From Lama guanicoe (Eukaryota), in contig MU053661.1 in NCBI GenBank assembly GCA_013239625.1, positions 62,001-126,000 of the forward strand: DNA of 64,000 nt, written 5' to 3'. Positions 12,801 to 25,561 of the stretch are shown piece after piece. How positions within the stretch are numbered: the stretch's first letter is position 1; each line of letters begins with the position of its first letter. The translations under genes and the position numbers were made by a program. A model generated the notes under the pieces. That model ran no database searches. It saw nothing but the letters and a program-made list of their open reading frames with translations, and was not told the origin of the DNA.

Positions 12801-15800
12801 AGACATGAAACCCAGGTACTCAAAAATTAAAATAACCTGGCATTAACCATAGAAGTTGTCCTTGAGGGCCTGCCTATTAGGTGTGGATATCAGTCCTATT
12901 TCCCGAACACTCGAGTTTTAAAAAGGAACTTACAAATGAATTCGTGCAAGACACTGCCTCCAAGGGGTGGGTCCAGAGCTGGAGTGGGAGAATGGAATGG
13001 TGCACGCTACTTCCTATGGCAGAATGTGTGTCTGTGTGTGTGTACGCATGTGTGTGCGCGCAGGGGGATGAGATACACCTGGCTTAAGAAAAAGAGCTAG
13101 TAATTCTAGAAGCTGAAAGATGAAAGAATATCCAGATCTGGTAGAGGGAACAGGGGAAACACTGTGTACTGTAAGACATATCCCCATACTGCCATTTCCC
13201 ACCATCATTTCACCAGGAACAGAGTTGGAAAGGGGGGAATTATGTACATATCTGTGATGCTCACAAACTTTCTGACTATGTAACACTGAATATCTACATA
13301 TGTAGCAAGTTAATGATATTTATATCTGCTTCAAGTTTAATAACAAGTTCACAACAGAGGGAAAATAAAATATTGAGGCCTGGTAGGAGTACCACAGAAG
13401 ACATTTCAATGCTCAGAATGGAAGCAAAAGCAGCTTCACCCCACATAGAATGTCATTAAGAGTCAAGAATGTTTATATTTGCTTAAGAAATTGAGAGTTA
13501 CAACTTCCTGCTTTAAAGAATTAACTTTAATGCAGATACCACACTATAAGCAACGTCTATACAGGTGCTTTCTTACAGCTATTTGTAGTTCCTGCTTGTT
13601 CTGATGTACTCCAGAACCTCTGCAAAGAAAATCTTCTATTCAAAGGCTTAAAGGAATAAAAAAAAGAAATAATACTGCATTCTTTTCAGTGTTCTCTGTA
13701 CTGAAAGTCACTTGCAAATGCAGCACCCTGCCACAGGTCTACATTTTTAACAATAAAGTCCTTTGTGCAATATTTCAATTGCTATGTGACTTTGTGTCAG
13801 TCTCTCACTAAGAAGCAGAATGGAGTACCAGAAAATGACACATCAGGTCTAAAACTACAGATGTGGAAGATGAACCTCCACCACACCAGGAAAAAGTGGG
13901 AGTGTAAGGTTTACCTTTTAAGTTACCATAAGTGCAGTTACACCTGCTCCCTGCTTCCCCTGTGAAGTGAAGAGCTAGTCTTTTCCAGAAAAGCTCTCAT
14001 TCTATTCTGTGTCTTCTTTAAAATATTCGGAGATTCTCTTTTAAGGTTCTTGCACTTTTAAGCCTTTCCCCAACTCTACATCCTATAACAAGTGTAAAAA
14101 TTATCCTATAGCCTATTGTTACAGAACATACTCTACAAAAGCTGAGGTTTCCCAGGGTTTGGATCCCAGAACTCTGCTACCAGATAATCCTAAAGCTTTC
14201 CTTCCATAACAGACTCTTCCGCCAATTCCCAGCTGTGGGCAAATTCGGCTTCTCAGATCAGGTAACTTTCTAACTCTGCCTACGAACACTCTGCTGCCAG
14301 TAAAGGAACTCTCAGACAGAAAGCACACAATGCCCCTAGTGAGGGTTGCCTCCTTCAATCAATCAAGATGCCATTACCAAGCAAATATTTAAACCCACTG
14401 CAAAACCTCTAAAGACATCTTACAAACAATATAGTTTCTATAGAGGCATACTATTTTCCCTGAAATAGTGATTTCCAATGGAGGGAAAAAGGACCCCATG
14501 ATCCAAGCAATTTTTTAAAACTGCACATAACCATCCCTCTTCACGTGAGGATTCAGGCAAGCCAGTCTCACAGGCCAAGGTGTAACAGAATGACAGCACC
14601 TCTAGGAGTAGGGTGAAAACCGGCGAGGTAGACTTTTAGTGAAAGGGGGTGATGTAATAGGGCCCATCGCCCACTTACCTCCCACCAAAGGACAATCATC
14701 TCAGATCGAGAACAAACAATTTGGGAAACAGAGGTTGTTTATGTTTTTATGGTGTTCTGGTGGAAATAATGCCCTGAGTCATGTGAAGTTGTGGCTGCAA
14801 AATTGAAAAGAGGACCAGACATTTTCACATTCAGGACACAAATAGCCCTCGGGTGGTCACCATATCTGCTCTCCCCATTGCCTGTTCACTCCAAGAGCTA
14901 CAGGACTCTCCTGCTTGTAATGGCACCCACCACTTCTCACAAATTCCTGCCAGGTTCACGTCAGCAGCTGTTGGTGTCAAAGTCAACATTTGTACTGCTC
15001 TGAAGTCCCTCCATTACTTTATTTCCCTTCTATTTTCTCTGTTGTCTTCCTAGCTACACTTGCATTCAGGAGCTGGTTACCGCACTAACATTGCCTCTGT
15101 AATCACTCCAGGATATAGGAAGTAGAGATTCAAGTGTAACCTGTCCCAGAATACTTATTATGTCACTCTAATGTCCTAACAAAATACTCTGGCATCCCTC
15201 ATCTCACCCAAAGAACCACCTCATTACTTAGAGGTTGTAAAATTGGGGGGCTTTCTCTACTGTAAAACACTGTGGCTTGTGGTAGAGTTGTGATTTCAGT
15301 TTTTGTAACTAGTTACAGGCAAAAAGACATGTTCCACAAATTTTCTTCAAGCGTTTGGAATTTAAACTTTTATTAGATACAGAGCCGATGGACTAACTGT
15401 AATCTATGAACATATGGTCATATTGCCGAATAATGTTCATGCCTGCCTTACAGACATGTAAGAACTTGAAATACACCTGCAGCCTGTAGGCCTTTAGAAT
15501 TGGATGTGAAGCATCCTGTGAGATAAAAAACCTCCTATCCAGTCACAGAACACCTTACAGACAACATCACATTAATGCCACTGAATATATTAGTAGAGTC
15601 CATGTATGGTTAAGTTACATCTCCAATTTCTCAGAGCTGGAAAGGAGAAGTCTAGAAAATCTGGAAAAGCCCAATTACCAAAACAGCTCACAAGTTGAAG
15701 CTGACTCCTGAACCTCCCAAAGCGGAGGGTGGAGGGGGCATTGCCCACCACCCTTTCCTCCCCCAGGATGTGGCACGTGGGGAAGCAGGCAGGAGAGGGT

Positions 15801-17529
15801 GGCTGGGACTTGGAGGTGGAGAGGTGATGAAAGCAAGAGTGGAACTACTCTGGTCCTAGAACAACAGAGCTGTAAAAGCTCGGCTTCAGTTCAACCCGCT
15901 CCCTCTCCCACTTTCCCTCCCACCTACATGACAAACAGAGCACAGCCAGGCACATTCTGCCCATGATGGTGACTACTAGCAGGAAAGGGACCAGGGTAAA
16001 ATCATGTCCTATAAAAGATCAGTCTGATTTTAAAGGCTATGTTATAAACAATGAACAGCCCTGTCAGTGTGGGACACCTGTGAGGCGCTCAAAGGGGGGG
16101 AGGAGGAGGCTGAGGATCCATTTCCAGCACTTCCATGTCTTTTATCACTCCTATTTCTGACCTTTCCTTTGCCACTTTTTGTAGCACTGCCATCACTGGC
16201 AGGTAAAGGGGCAGCAATGTGACTTGGCCATTTGGCCGATGGGGCTACATTTCCCAGCACTGGAATGAAAAGGCACTGGAAGAGGATCAGCTGGAAGATG
16301 TGAACCGCCGTCCTGGCCTGTGCCAAACACTAACCAGGTGACCCTGGGTTAGGCTCTTAGTATCTCTGGGCTTCCGGCTGTTTACTTATAAATGAAGGTT
16401 TTGTCATTCCACAAATATATCCAATATGAAATGTAACGTGAAAGTCAAGCATAATGACATCTCACCTGCTTGCCTCAGGGAACTGTACAAGCACTGAACA
16501 CTATGTGAATGTAAACACAGAGTTAAGAAAACTGTTGAGGTAAAGCGCTAAAGTGAACATGGAGATAAAGTTTTATGGATTTTCTTGGCTTTCTTTTTTA
16601 ATTGCAACACTGAATTAATAATTATTAGCTATACTCCACACCACCACCCCTGCAAATAAATAAAGTAGTTAAGCACTGCCTGGATGCCTGCTATTGCCCC
16701 ATGCTAAGCAGGGTGAGGGGTATAAAGGAGGCTGAACAAGGGAGTCTTCTCTAGTTACGAGCTAAGTGAGGAGACACATTGGAAACCACCCAGGAATGAT
16801 ACCAAGCCAGTACTCAAAGCAAGATAACAGGCTACTGATCATAAACAGTGTAGGAATACAAAGAGGAGCTAGAACTATTTGGAGTAAATAGGGCAGACTC
16901 TATGAAGGGGATGGGGCTCCAACTAGTTCTCAGGGCAATTCTAAGCTGTTTTAACTGAGGATTGGATAGGAAAATTCTGGTGACTCCCAGTTTTTAATAA
17001 GGCACATGTTACCCTAGGAGGCTAAGCCACATAATGATTGGAACACATAAGATAAGGCCAAAGTGATGGAGGGTCGAGACTACCTGGCTGAGATCTGCTT
17101 GTGGTAAGTCTTTTACACGACTCTAGATGTTGGAGGGTCAAAACTGTAGGTTGACTGAAAGGGGGGGAGAGAATATCCAAGAATTCAACAGAAGGAAAAA
17201 TTCATATATCAGGTATGAAAGCTCTTCATCAGAGTATCAGCAATCAAAATAGACACTTGAAACCAAAGATATACAGTACCAGAAGCTGAGAAAATGTGGG
17301 GGGTGGTGAGAGAAAGATGAATCAAAGTCCATTCGAAGCGTTTGGGTATTGAAGACCGGAAGAATGATTATCCCACTGAATATGTGGAGACACTGCAAGA
17401 AAAAGATTATGAAATCAGCTTTAGACATGTTGAATCTGACATATGAGCTAAGAGTAGGTGTTCTCTAAGAAGCTCAAAATTCAAAAGTGAAGCACAGATC
17501 TAGAGTACAGGCTTAAGATGCAGATAGAC

Positions 17530-18483
17530 AAGACATGATAAATCTCCTAAAAGAAAACATAGGCAAAACTTTATCTCACATAAATCTTAGCAATGTTCTC
17601 CTAGGGCAATCTACCCAGGCAATGGAAATAAGAGAAAAAAATAAACAAATGGGACGTAATTAAACTCATAATTTTCCTCACAGCAAAGGCAACCATAAGT
17701 AAAACAAAACATCAAACTATGAATGGGAGAAAATATTTGCAAATGATACGACTAATAAAGGCTTAATTTTCAGAATATATAAACAGCTCATAGAACTTAA
17801 TAACAAAGAAACAAGCAACTAAATCCAAAAATAGGCAGAAGACTTAAACAAGCATTTCTCCAATGAAGACACAAATGGCCAATAGACACATGAAAAAATG
17901 TTCAGTATCACTAATAAACCAAGAAATGCAAATCAAAACTACAATGAGGAATCAGCTCACACGAGTCAGAATGACCATCACTCAGAATTTCATGAATGAT
18001 AAATGGTAGAGAGGCTGAAGAGGGAAGGGTACCCTTTTACACTGCTGGTGGGAATCCTGTTTGGTGTAGTCATTAAGGAAAGAATGGAAATCCCTCAAAG
18101 AAGTTGTGGTATATTTATACACTAGAATAATGCTCGACCATGAAAAGGACAAAATAAAACCATTTGCAGCAACATGGATGGAGCTAGAGATCGTCATTCT
18201 AAGTGAAAGCAGCCAGACACAGAAAAATACCAAATGATACAACTCATATGTGCAATCTAAAAAAAGAGAGAAAAAGACACTGTGAACTCATCTACAAAAC
18301 AGAAACAGACTTGCAGACTTAGTAAACAATCTTAAGGTTACCAGGGAAAGGGGATGGGAAGGGATATACCTGGGAGATTTACAAATGTTAACCACTATAT
18401 ATAAAAATAGATTTTAAATAGAGTTTCTTCTGTATAGCACAGAAGCCTATGTTCATTATCCAGCTATAACCTGTAATGAAAAA
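17530..18483 (+). mobile_element. LINE-1 3' fragment with internal deletion
   Basis: agaaaacataggcaaaac..., gaaatgcaaatcaaaactacaatgagg, gcagcaacatggatggagctagag. Confidence 0.9.
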
Positions 18484-18589
18484 GCCGATACAGCCACCAA
18501 CTGAGGAAGCAAGAGAAGAAAGGAGAGTTAGTTATGCTGGGCTAGAGCCCACTTCTAAAATCCTTGTCAGCCACTGAGACTGCCCCGAG

Positions 18590-19420
18590 GACACTGAGCC
18601 TTCCTCCCAGGGACAGGCTGACATGACATGCGTCCTGCAAACCTGGGGCAGCAAAGGCCGTCCCCAGGTCTGGCCCTAGGGGAGATGGGAGCAAGTCCAT
18701 CTGCTCCCCCTGGGGCAGCACCCTTCCCCGCAGACCCCACCTCCTGACTGCACCGCGCCTGCATCTCAGGAACCCACTGACTTGAAAACAAGTGATCCAC
18801 GAACCTGGGTCAGCGGCAGGGAGATGCGCAGCGACCTGGCAAGCTGGTCGATTTGCCCCCATCTCCCTCACAGCCTGTCCAGAGCTCGGCATCTGTTCCT
18901 CCAGGCATGGTACCCAGGTCAGCCTGCTCCTGAGTGGAGGGCGCGGTGTGGTCGAAGGCAGTGGCTGGTTATGTGGTCTGCCCATGGGTGCCTGTGGATT
19001 TCCTTCAAACTCCCCAGAGCATGGCCTGAGATTGGCCTCTGCTGCCCCAGGTTCGTGGAACTCAGGTTACAGGTCAGCCTGCTCCTGGAAGGCGGGTGAT
19101 GTGCTGTCAGGGAACCGCGGCGGCTGCGATGGCGGGATTGGGGCTGCCTTGTGAGAGCGCAGGGGTTGCAACAATTTCCCGCTGCTGTTGCAGCCATCCT
19201 AGCACACTGATCGCACCGCGCCCACCTACCAGGAGCAGCCTGACCTGTAACCTGAGTCAGGAACACCTGGGGATTTAGAGGCTGCCCCCAAGGTCAGGCC
19301 ACAGGGAAGATGGGATCAAATCCAGGGGCTCTCATGGGGCAGCCCCCATTCCATCCGAGGCCCCGCGACCGCACCGCACCCGCCTCCCAGGAGCAGGCCA
19401 TGGTCTGAGGGCCAGTCAGA
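18590..19420. repeat. Second cluster of the same ~160-bp GC-rich repeat, in mixed orientation
   Basis: CAGGTCAGCCTGCTCCTG on + at 18915 and 19070; reverse-complement copies near 18603-18620, 19229-19248 and 19383-19400. Confidence 0.8.
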
Positions 19421-19459
19421 GATGCTCCGGAGCCGTCCGGCACCCTCCCAACTCCCGGG

Positions 19460-20030
19460 GCTGTACCTGCTTTCCTAAACCCGGGTATAAGTGTCGGCAA
19501 AAATGGGGGGCTCAGGAACTACTAATAGCGGGATTACCACGAACTACAGCGGCGGCTGGGACCCGTCTCAGGGCCCTAACGGGACGCGCGGCCGGGATCT
19601 CACCTCCGCACCCTTCACTGGGCGCCTCCCCAGCCGCACAGCTCAGGCGTCGCCCGCCGGCTCCCCGAGCAGTGCGCCCCCACCAGCGCCCCCTGAACTG
19701 CCCGGCAGCGGCAGCCGAGCCGCGGGCAAGCGGCGGCCCAGACCCCAGGCCGTGTTCCTCTTCCAGGAGCTGGTCCAGGAACAACAGTCACCTCCAAGCT
19801 TCCACGCGTTCCTGGCGGATTCCAGCGTCCGCGCGTCTGTCCGTTTGCGTGTGCGCGCCCCTCCTCCTCCCGCCCGCAGCGCAAACTGCTCGGGTGGGTC
19901 TTCTGCTTTACCGGCCCTGGCCACTGGTGCCGGGAGGAGCCAGGTGGGGCCCCTCCTGCTCGTCCCGCCAGGTCTCCATCCCCAGAGCCTTCACCCCACC
20001 ACCGACTGGGTCCTGGCACTGAACTAGAAC
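19460..20030. promoter_or_regulatory. CpG island of unidentified origin, possible non-coding first exon on minus strand
   Basis: Very high CpG density; minus-strand donor GAG|GTGAGA (GT at 19603-19602); no recognisable coding sequence. Confidence 0.6.
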
Positions 20031-21193
20031 CACGACTGCCTTGGGCCAGGCCACAGCCCGCCAGCCCCAATTGCCTTGCTCACCTTCCCCTCCCTGTTAC
20101 TACCCTCCCACCTATGGCCAGGCCCAGTCTCCCACCAGACCTTGAAGACAGGGCTCCTTCTCCTCACACAGAGGTCCCTGCCCTGAAATTCCATCCTGCT
20201 AGGTCCTAACCTGTGGTCCCTACACCCACAAGCTTACCCCTCATGCCTCAGCATAGGACCCCCAACATCCAGAAATTGTCCCCCTCACCTCTCAACCAGG
20301 TCAGTTCCACTCTGAGCGGGCCCCACACCCCTCAACCTGTACCCCCTCACCATGGGATCCTCTTCACTCTGAGTGCACCCCTACCCTGAGCTGACTCCCT
20401 CACCCCTCACCCTGTGGTTGGGGTGGGGAAATCCAGGCTCCAGTAATGATGACTACTGCCACCAGCGGGGACCCAGCCTAGTATGCGCCTTCATAGTTAA
20501 TGTCTGAGGCTACAGGGCGAGGCAGGCAGGGCTGAAGGCGGTTCCAATTCCCGCCTTGGCACCCTCATCTCCGCACCCTGTGCCTCAATGACTCGATGGG
20601 TCAGGTTGATCCCAGGCTGCCAGCCACTGGCCTTGGGTCTTGGGTGGTTGATTGTCCTGATGGTGATCTGGACCCCTAGGGCAGAGGCACTGGGCACGCG
20701 GACCTTTGGGGTGCGGGAGTTCAGAGGGTGCACTTGAGCCCAGGGGTAGACAGCAGATGGTGGGCTGTGTGCATGGGGCTGTGTGCGTGTCCTGGGCTCA
20801 GCCCAGGTGGGTGCAGGGTATTTGTTCATTCACACCAGGCCAGAGGGAAGAGGGACAGGAGCTTTTAAAGCGTCAAAGTGAGGAATCCAAGGCTTTAGAG
20901 CAAAGTAGGAAGGTGCACTGGCCAGGCCACCATAGATCTCGCCGCGCCGCTGATCCCTTGCATCAGGGGAGACTGGCAGTTGACTGGCCAATGAGACATC
21001 CCCTGCTGTGGTATAGTTTCCAGGCAATTGAAGGGATTTTGAAAGGTAATTTTAATCCAATCATTGTCACTTTCTCTACGGGAGATCAGGTCCAAAGTCA
21101 TGGTGAATCTGGTAGGGATCCTGCCTGAACTCCAGCCTGGAACAGTAGAGGACCTACCCAGGAATCATCCCCTTAGCTCTCACCAAATGGCAC

Positions 21194-21610
21194 TGTAATA
21201 GAGAAGAACAAATCTGACTCCATATTGGATCTGTTCCTTTTTCTTTAACCCTCTGCCGTGTTTTCCAGTCTTAGTCTTGATAGCTCTGCTCCTTTTGTAA
21301 AACAATGTTGCCTTTAGTCTGAAATAAACAGGAGAGCCTATTCTCTTTAAGGATATTAACACTTTTGCACTCCTATAAAGATAACAAGTTACAGAATAGA
21401 AAAAGTTTGTTTTGTTGCAGGTTTTACAGGAACACCATGATCTGACCCACGTGAACAGCTGCAAAGGATTCCAAGAACAAAGAAATCCTACACCAAGAAG
21501 TTTGCAACAACCAACCACAGCCCCTCCCCTGTTTACTAGAAAAGGAGCATGAAGTCTGACTTGGGGAAGATGGTTCTCCAAGATATTAGTCCACCATTAT
21601 CTTGGTCTGC
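21194..21610 (+). mobile_element. ERV LTR fragment
   Basis: Begins TGTAATAGAGAAGAACAAATCTGACTCCAT, an LTR-type TG start; a homologous inverted copy follows. Orientation inferred from the TG start. Confidence 0.6.
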
Positions 21611-21640
21611 CTCTGTCTAGGTAGACCAGGTCATAGTGCC

Positions 21641-21893
21641 TCTGTAAAACCTCTAACAAAACAAAACTTATTTTCTATTCTGCAACTTGTTGTCTCTACA
21701 TAAGTGCAAAAGTGTTACTACTCTTAAAGACCAGAGCCTTTAAAATAGGATCTCCTGTATATTTCAGGATAAAGGCAACATTGTTTTACAAACGGTGCAG
21801 AGCTAGTAAAACTAAGCCTAGAAATGAGGGCAAAGGGTTAAAGCCAAAAAGACAGATCTTCTATGGAGTCAGGTTTTTTTCTTTTCTATTATA
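21641..21893 (-). mobile_element. ERV LTR fragment, inverted copy of 21194-21440
   Basis: Reverse complement matches, e.g. tgtaaaacaatgttgccttta vs taaaggcaacattgttttaca. Confidence 0.65.
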
Positions 21894-21919
21894 CTATATT
21901 CTATATTTGTTTTAAGTTT

Positions 21920-22900
21920 ATAAGAATAAAGTTTAGCCTTTTCCCATTTTAAATTGTGCAATTTTAAGGAGCATTAAGTGCATTCACAATGCTGTGAGAC
22001 CAACACCACTGGTTTAGACAATTGCCTTCCTCAAACTAAAAGCTTGTATACAAAGCGCACCACACATCCTACCTCCCAAGCCCATGAGAAGCCCTAATCC
22101 CCTTTCTCTCTCTATGTCTTTACCTATCCTTGAGGTTCCCTAGCAATGAAATCATATGAAAGTTGGCTTTTTTTTTCTCTCTGCCCACGTATCTTAAGCA
22201 GGGACGGGTGAATTTTTTGTTTGTTTGTTTTCACGTGAATTAGCATTTTTGTATTTTGAGAGGAAAATCCAGATGGATTAAAGATGAGACGTACCAAGTG
22301 AAGCCCTTTTAGTAACTCTGTGCATAATCTCCTGGTAGGCACTGCTGTTCTAAGTGTGAAACCAGAGCCAGAAGGGAGATGCTTAGCTCTTCTTGTGGCA
22401 AAATAAAACCAAGCTAAAGCAGAAAACAAAGGCCAAGAAAGACAGCTGGAAAGACAAACCACAGCCTGGAGAAAGCTTTCCTCATGACCCAAGGTCAGAG
22501 AAAAGCTTCACATCACTGTGGTCCAAAAACCACTTGAAGCCCTGTGTTCTGAAAAGAAACAAAACACACACAGGCAGTTCCAATGAGAGGCAGTGCAGGT
22601 GGCCAGTGTGTGCTAGAGATGCTCGACCTGTAAGGTGAGGACATAGGCAGACGGACAGACTGCAGAGACAGCATTGGCCACCATCACACTGGCAGGTCTT
22701 TAGCCCGGTGAAAACCAGCCCTGGTGACAACGTGAGCAGGCAGATGCCCCAGGAGGTCCCCTGGAGGGAAGAGCAAATGGACACTCCTCCCAGCAGAACA
22801 AGGTGCAGGATACATCAAAATGCCACAGGTGCATCCCTTCCCTAGCAGTGCTGATCCTTAGAGAAGATCCCACCAAAGTGCTTGCACAATTCTCAAAGAT
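21920..22900 (+). repeat. ~1-kb diverged direct repeat, copy A
   Basis: Collinear with 25562-26555, sharing e.g. gaagcccttttagtaactctgtgcataatctc and ggcagttccaatgagaggca; starts at AATAAA followed by an old antisense L1 3' fragment. Confidence 0.88.
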
Positions 22901-24038
22901 AATTTTTCTTCAGTAACATGAATTCAAAATAATCAATGTGTCATCAAGGGATTTTCAGAAGTGACCTGCCATGGGCACGAACAATACACACACATAAATA
23001 CACACATATACACATAATTATATACACACATACATACAGGAAAAGAGACAGACTGAAACACAGAGAAGCAGGGGAGACAGAGATACAGAGAGAGAGACAA
23101 AACAGAGAGAGAGGCACTGAGAGACAGAGACAGAGAGAAGGAACACTGGAGCTGGCAATGAGTGGAACTCACGCACATTTTCACAAGTCAGTCTACATGT
23201 CAGAACCCGGTCTCAAAGTCCATCCACCATCCAGGGGAGGGTGTGGGGATCACACAAGGGCGTGGGAACAGAAGGCAAAAAATAGGAAGCCATTGTGCGG
23301 CAGCCCACCACAGAGGCCGAGATGGAACATAGGGCCTGTATGTCAAGATGACAGAATGACCTAGGAGGTTGTATGCCAGAGCGGACGATGTCAGAATTGT
23401 ATTTAATTTCAGTCTCACGACTGGGAGCTGGGAAGCAAGCAGCAAGGAACGTGACTTTCTTCAGACCCCAGGGCAGACCCCGGCCTGTGTGGCATTTGCT
23501 TTGCGCTCCGCCAGCCCACTGTGGGGTCCTTCCACTTTGCTGAGCTGTGCACGAGCTCCCTGTGATGCCAGCCCGTGGGGGTGACAGATGCAATAGGTGT
23601 TTCTAGGTCTAGAGACAGGATGGCTTCTCTAGGAAGCAGGGTCCAGAATGATCCCCACTGTGCCATTGGGGGATTGGGGAGACCCTGAAAGGCACATGGC
23701 TTGTCCAGGGTGATAGCACTGCTGAGTAGGGGGAGCCATGTCTGAAGCCAGCTGTGACTTCAGAGCTGCGACACTGGCTACATCCTGGCCTCCCCAGGGC
23801 TATGGTGTGACTGAGTTTGTCATTATGTGTGGACATGGCATGGGGTGAGAAATGAGAAATCGGCAGCCCAGAAAGGCCCTTGAGGAGCTTTGTGTCAGGA
23901 GGAAGCTTGGAGAAGTGGACCCCAGGAAGTGACTTCACTTCCCTGGCAATGGAGCCCAACAGAACTTGGAACCGAAGTCACCAGGCACCCACTCTGTAGA
24001 GAAGTCCCTACTCAGCTCACCTGGTTGGAGACAGAGGC

Positions 24039-25503
24039 ATGTTCTGCTGCATCCCAATATCCCAAGGCCGCAGCCCACAGAAGGCCCGCAGCGAAGGGCT
24101 GTACCAACGCTGCCGGCGCTGGGTCAGGTCTCACCCAAGGTGCCTCTGGCCTTTTGGCCAGAGAGACACAAAGGTAAAACAGGGAGGACCAGGGCAGGAA
24201 CGGCCAGGCCGGGCCACCACTCAGATCCCACCCAGGTAGCCCCACGGCCCCGTCCTGGGCTGGTGGAGGTGGAGCAGTCATGTTGGTGATGGGTTTCTGC
24301 CTCAAGAAAGAGCAGGTCAGAGGCCTGAGGGGCCGGTCACATAGACAGCCCATGTCAAAGCTGGCTGGCTGGGATGTGGAGAGCCGGGGAAGAGTCCTGC
24401 TGCCCGAGGTGGAGCCCATGCTCTCTGTGTATGTATTTTCCCTCCCAGATGTCTGAGCTGAACAAGGTCCCGGTCTTATCTAGCAGCAGAGGGTCTAGTG
24501 GACAGAATCAGGAGTGTTCCTGGCCGGGCAGGGCTCTGAGAATTCCAGGCCTGGTCAGCTGCTGGTCATTATCATTTCAGAGCCAGATACCACATATTGA
24601 ACAGAAGCTGATGAATAAGAACACCAACTCCCCCTCCCCAATTGAAGGGCTGATGTGCCACTCTTCTGAGGGCCAGCGCAGGGTCCAGGTGGGTCTGGAT
24701 AAGGAGGGGTCCCCACCACCATGGCCCACAAATCAGGGGGGCAGGCCTCCGAACCAGACCTCACCCAGGGCTCTCCCCAGGGAGCAGCCCGGGGCTGACG
24801 GGTAGCTCACAACAGCCGGCTCTGACCTGGAGCACCGTGCCCACCTCGCTGCAAGTCAGGTGGAGGACCAGGAGCCCCTGAAGCAGAGACCGAAGGTCAG
24901 AAAGGCAGGTCTGGTGTATGTGTGTAGGTGAGGGTGGGGCGAGGGCTGGGCCACACAGGGAGGTGTCCCTAGAGGCTACTGTTGGGACCAGAGAAAAGAA
25001 TGGCCTCAGACCACCTGTCTGGAAAAATTCAGTCACAGAACACATCCTGTGGGCACTTTCTGGGTGGGAGATGTCTGGAAAGCTCTGGGAAGGTTTCGGT
25101 CCTTGTAGAGGCACATGGAAAGGGAGGCAGGTGCGTAAATTTTTCCTCTCTCACAGCATGAGCTCTTCCACGAGGCTTAAAACTCTCTCCACATCCAATA
25201 GTTACAGAGGAGGCAGGGGCAAGGGAAGATGTCAGAGACCAAAAATGGGACGAACTGGATCCAGCAGGAGACCCCGAGCTCCCTCCTGCCGCTCCTGCAG
25301 CTCCTCCTGAACCTGCATCTGCAGCTGGGCTGCTGGGGCAAGGAGAACCAGTTCAGGCATCACCACCCCCTGGGGTAGAGCCCCCTCTGCACCCACCCAC
25401 ACCTTCTTCTCCAAAATGTTCTCCAAAATCCCATCATCAGTCCCCTCTCCCTCTCAAACTTCACGTCACTTCCGCTGGAGATGTTTTTCTTTCATTTTCT
25501 TAA
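24039..25503 (+). pseudogene. Truncated Ral guanine nucleotide dissociation stimulator-like (RalGDS/RGL4-type) gene, probably a pseudogene, lacking the CDC25 GEF domain
   Basis: Exons 24039-24173 (MFCCIPISQGRSPQKARSEGLYQRCRRWVRSHPRCLWPFGQRDTK|gtaaaa, resembling the N-terminus of mammalian RalGDS-like expansions), 24581-24688, 24781-24895 (contains GSDLEHRAHLAASQVEDQEP.EAETE, cf. RALGDS GSDLERRAHLLLAQLEHSEPIEAEPE) and 25157-25503 (Pro/Ala-rich linker). TGA at 24796 and 25159; AATAAA at 25567. Confidence 0.8.
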
Positions 25504-25561
25504 GATTCCTGTGCTTGTTTCACATCACTTATGACATCCTTTATTTTTCTTTTCAGAGTTT

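Noticed and set aside
19491..20070. CpG island as KLHL2 exon 1, or its 150-180 aa ORFs as genes
   Set aside because: No METPPLPPA-coding sequence on the minus strand; ORFs are low-complexity GC artefacts.
24620..24930. Homeobox-like RVQ|VW junction
   Set aside because: No helix-3 WFxNRR motif; better explained as RalGDS-like exons.
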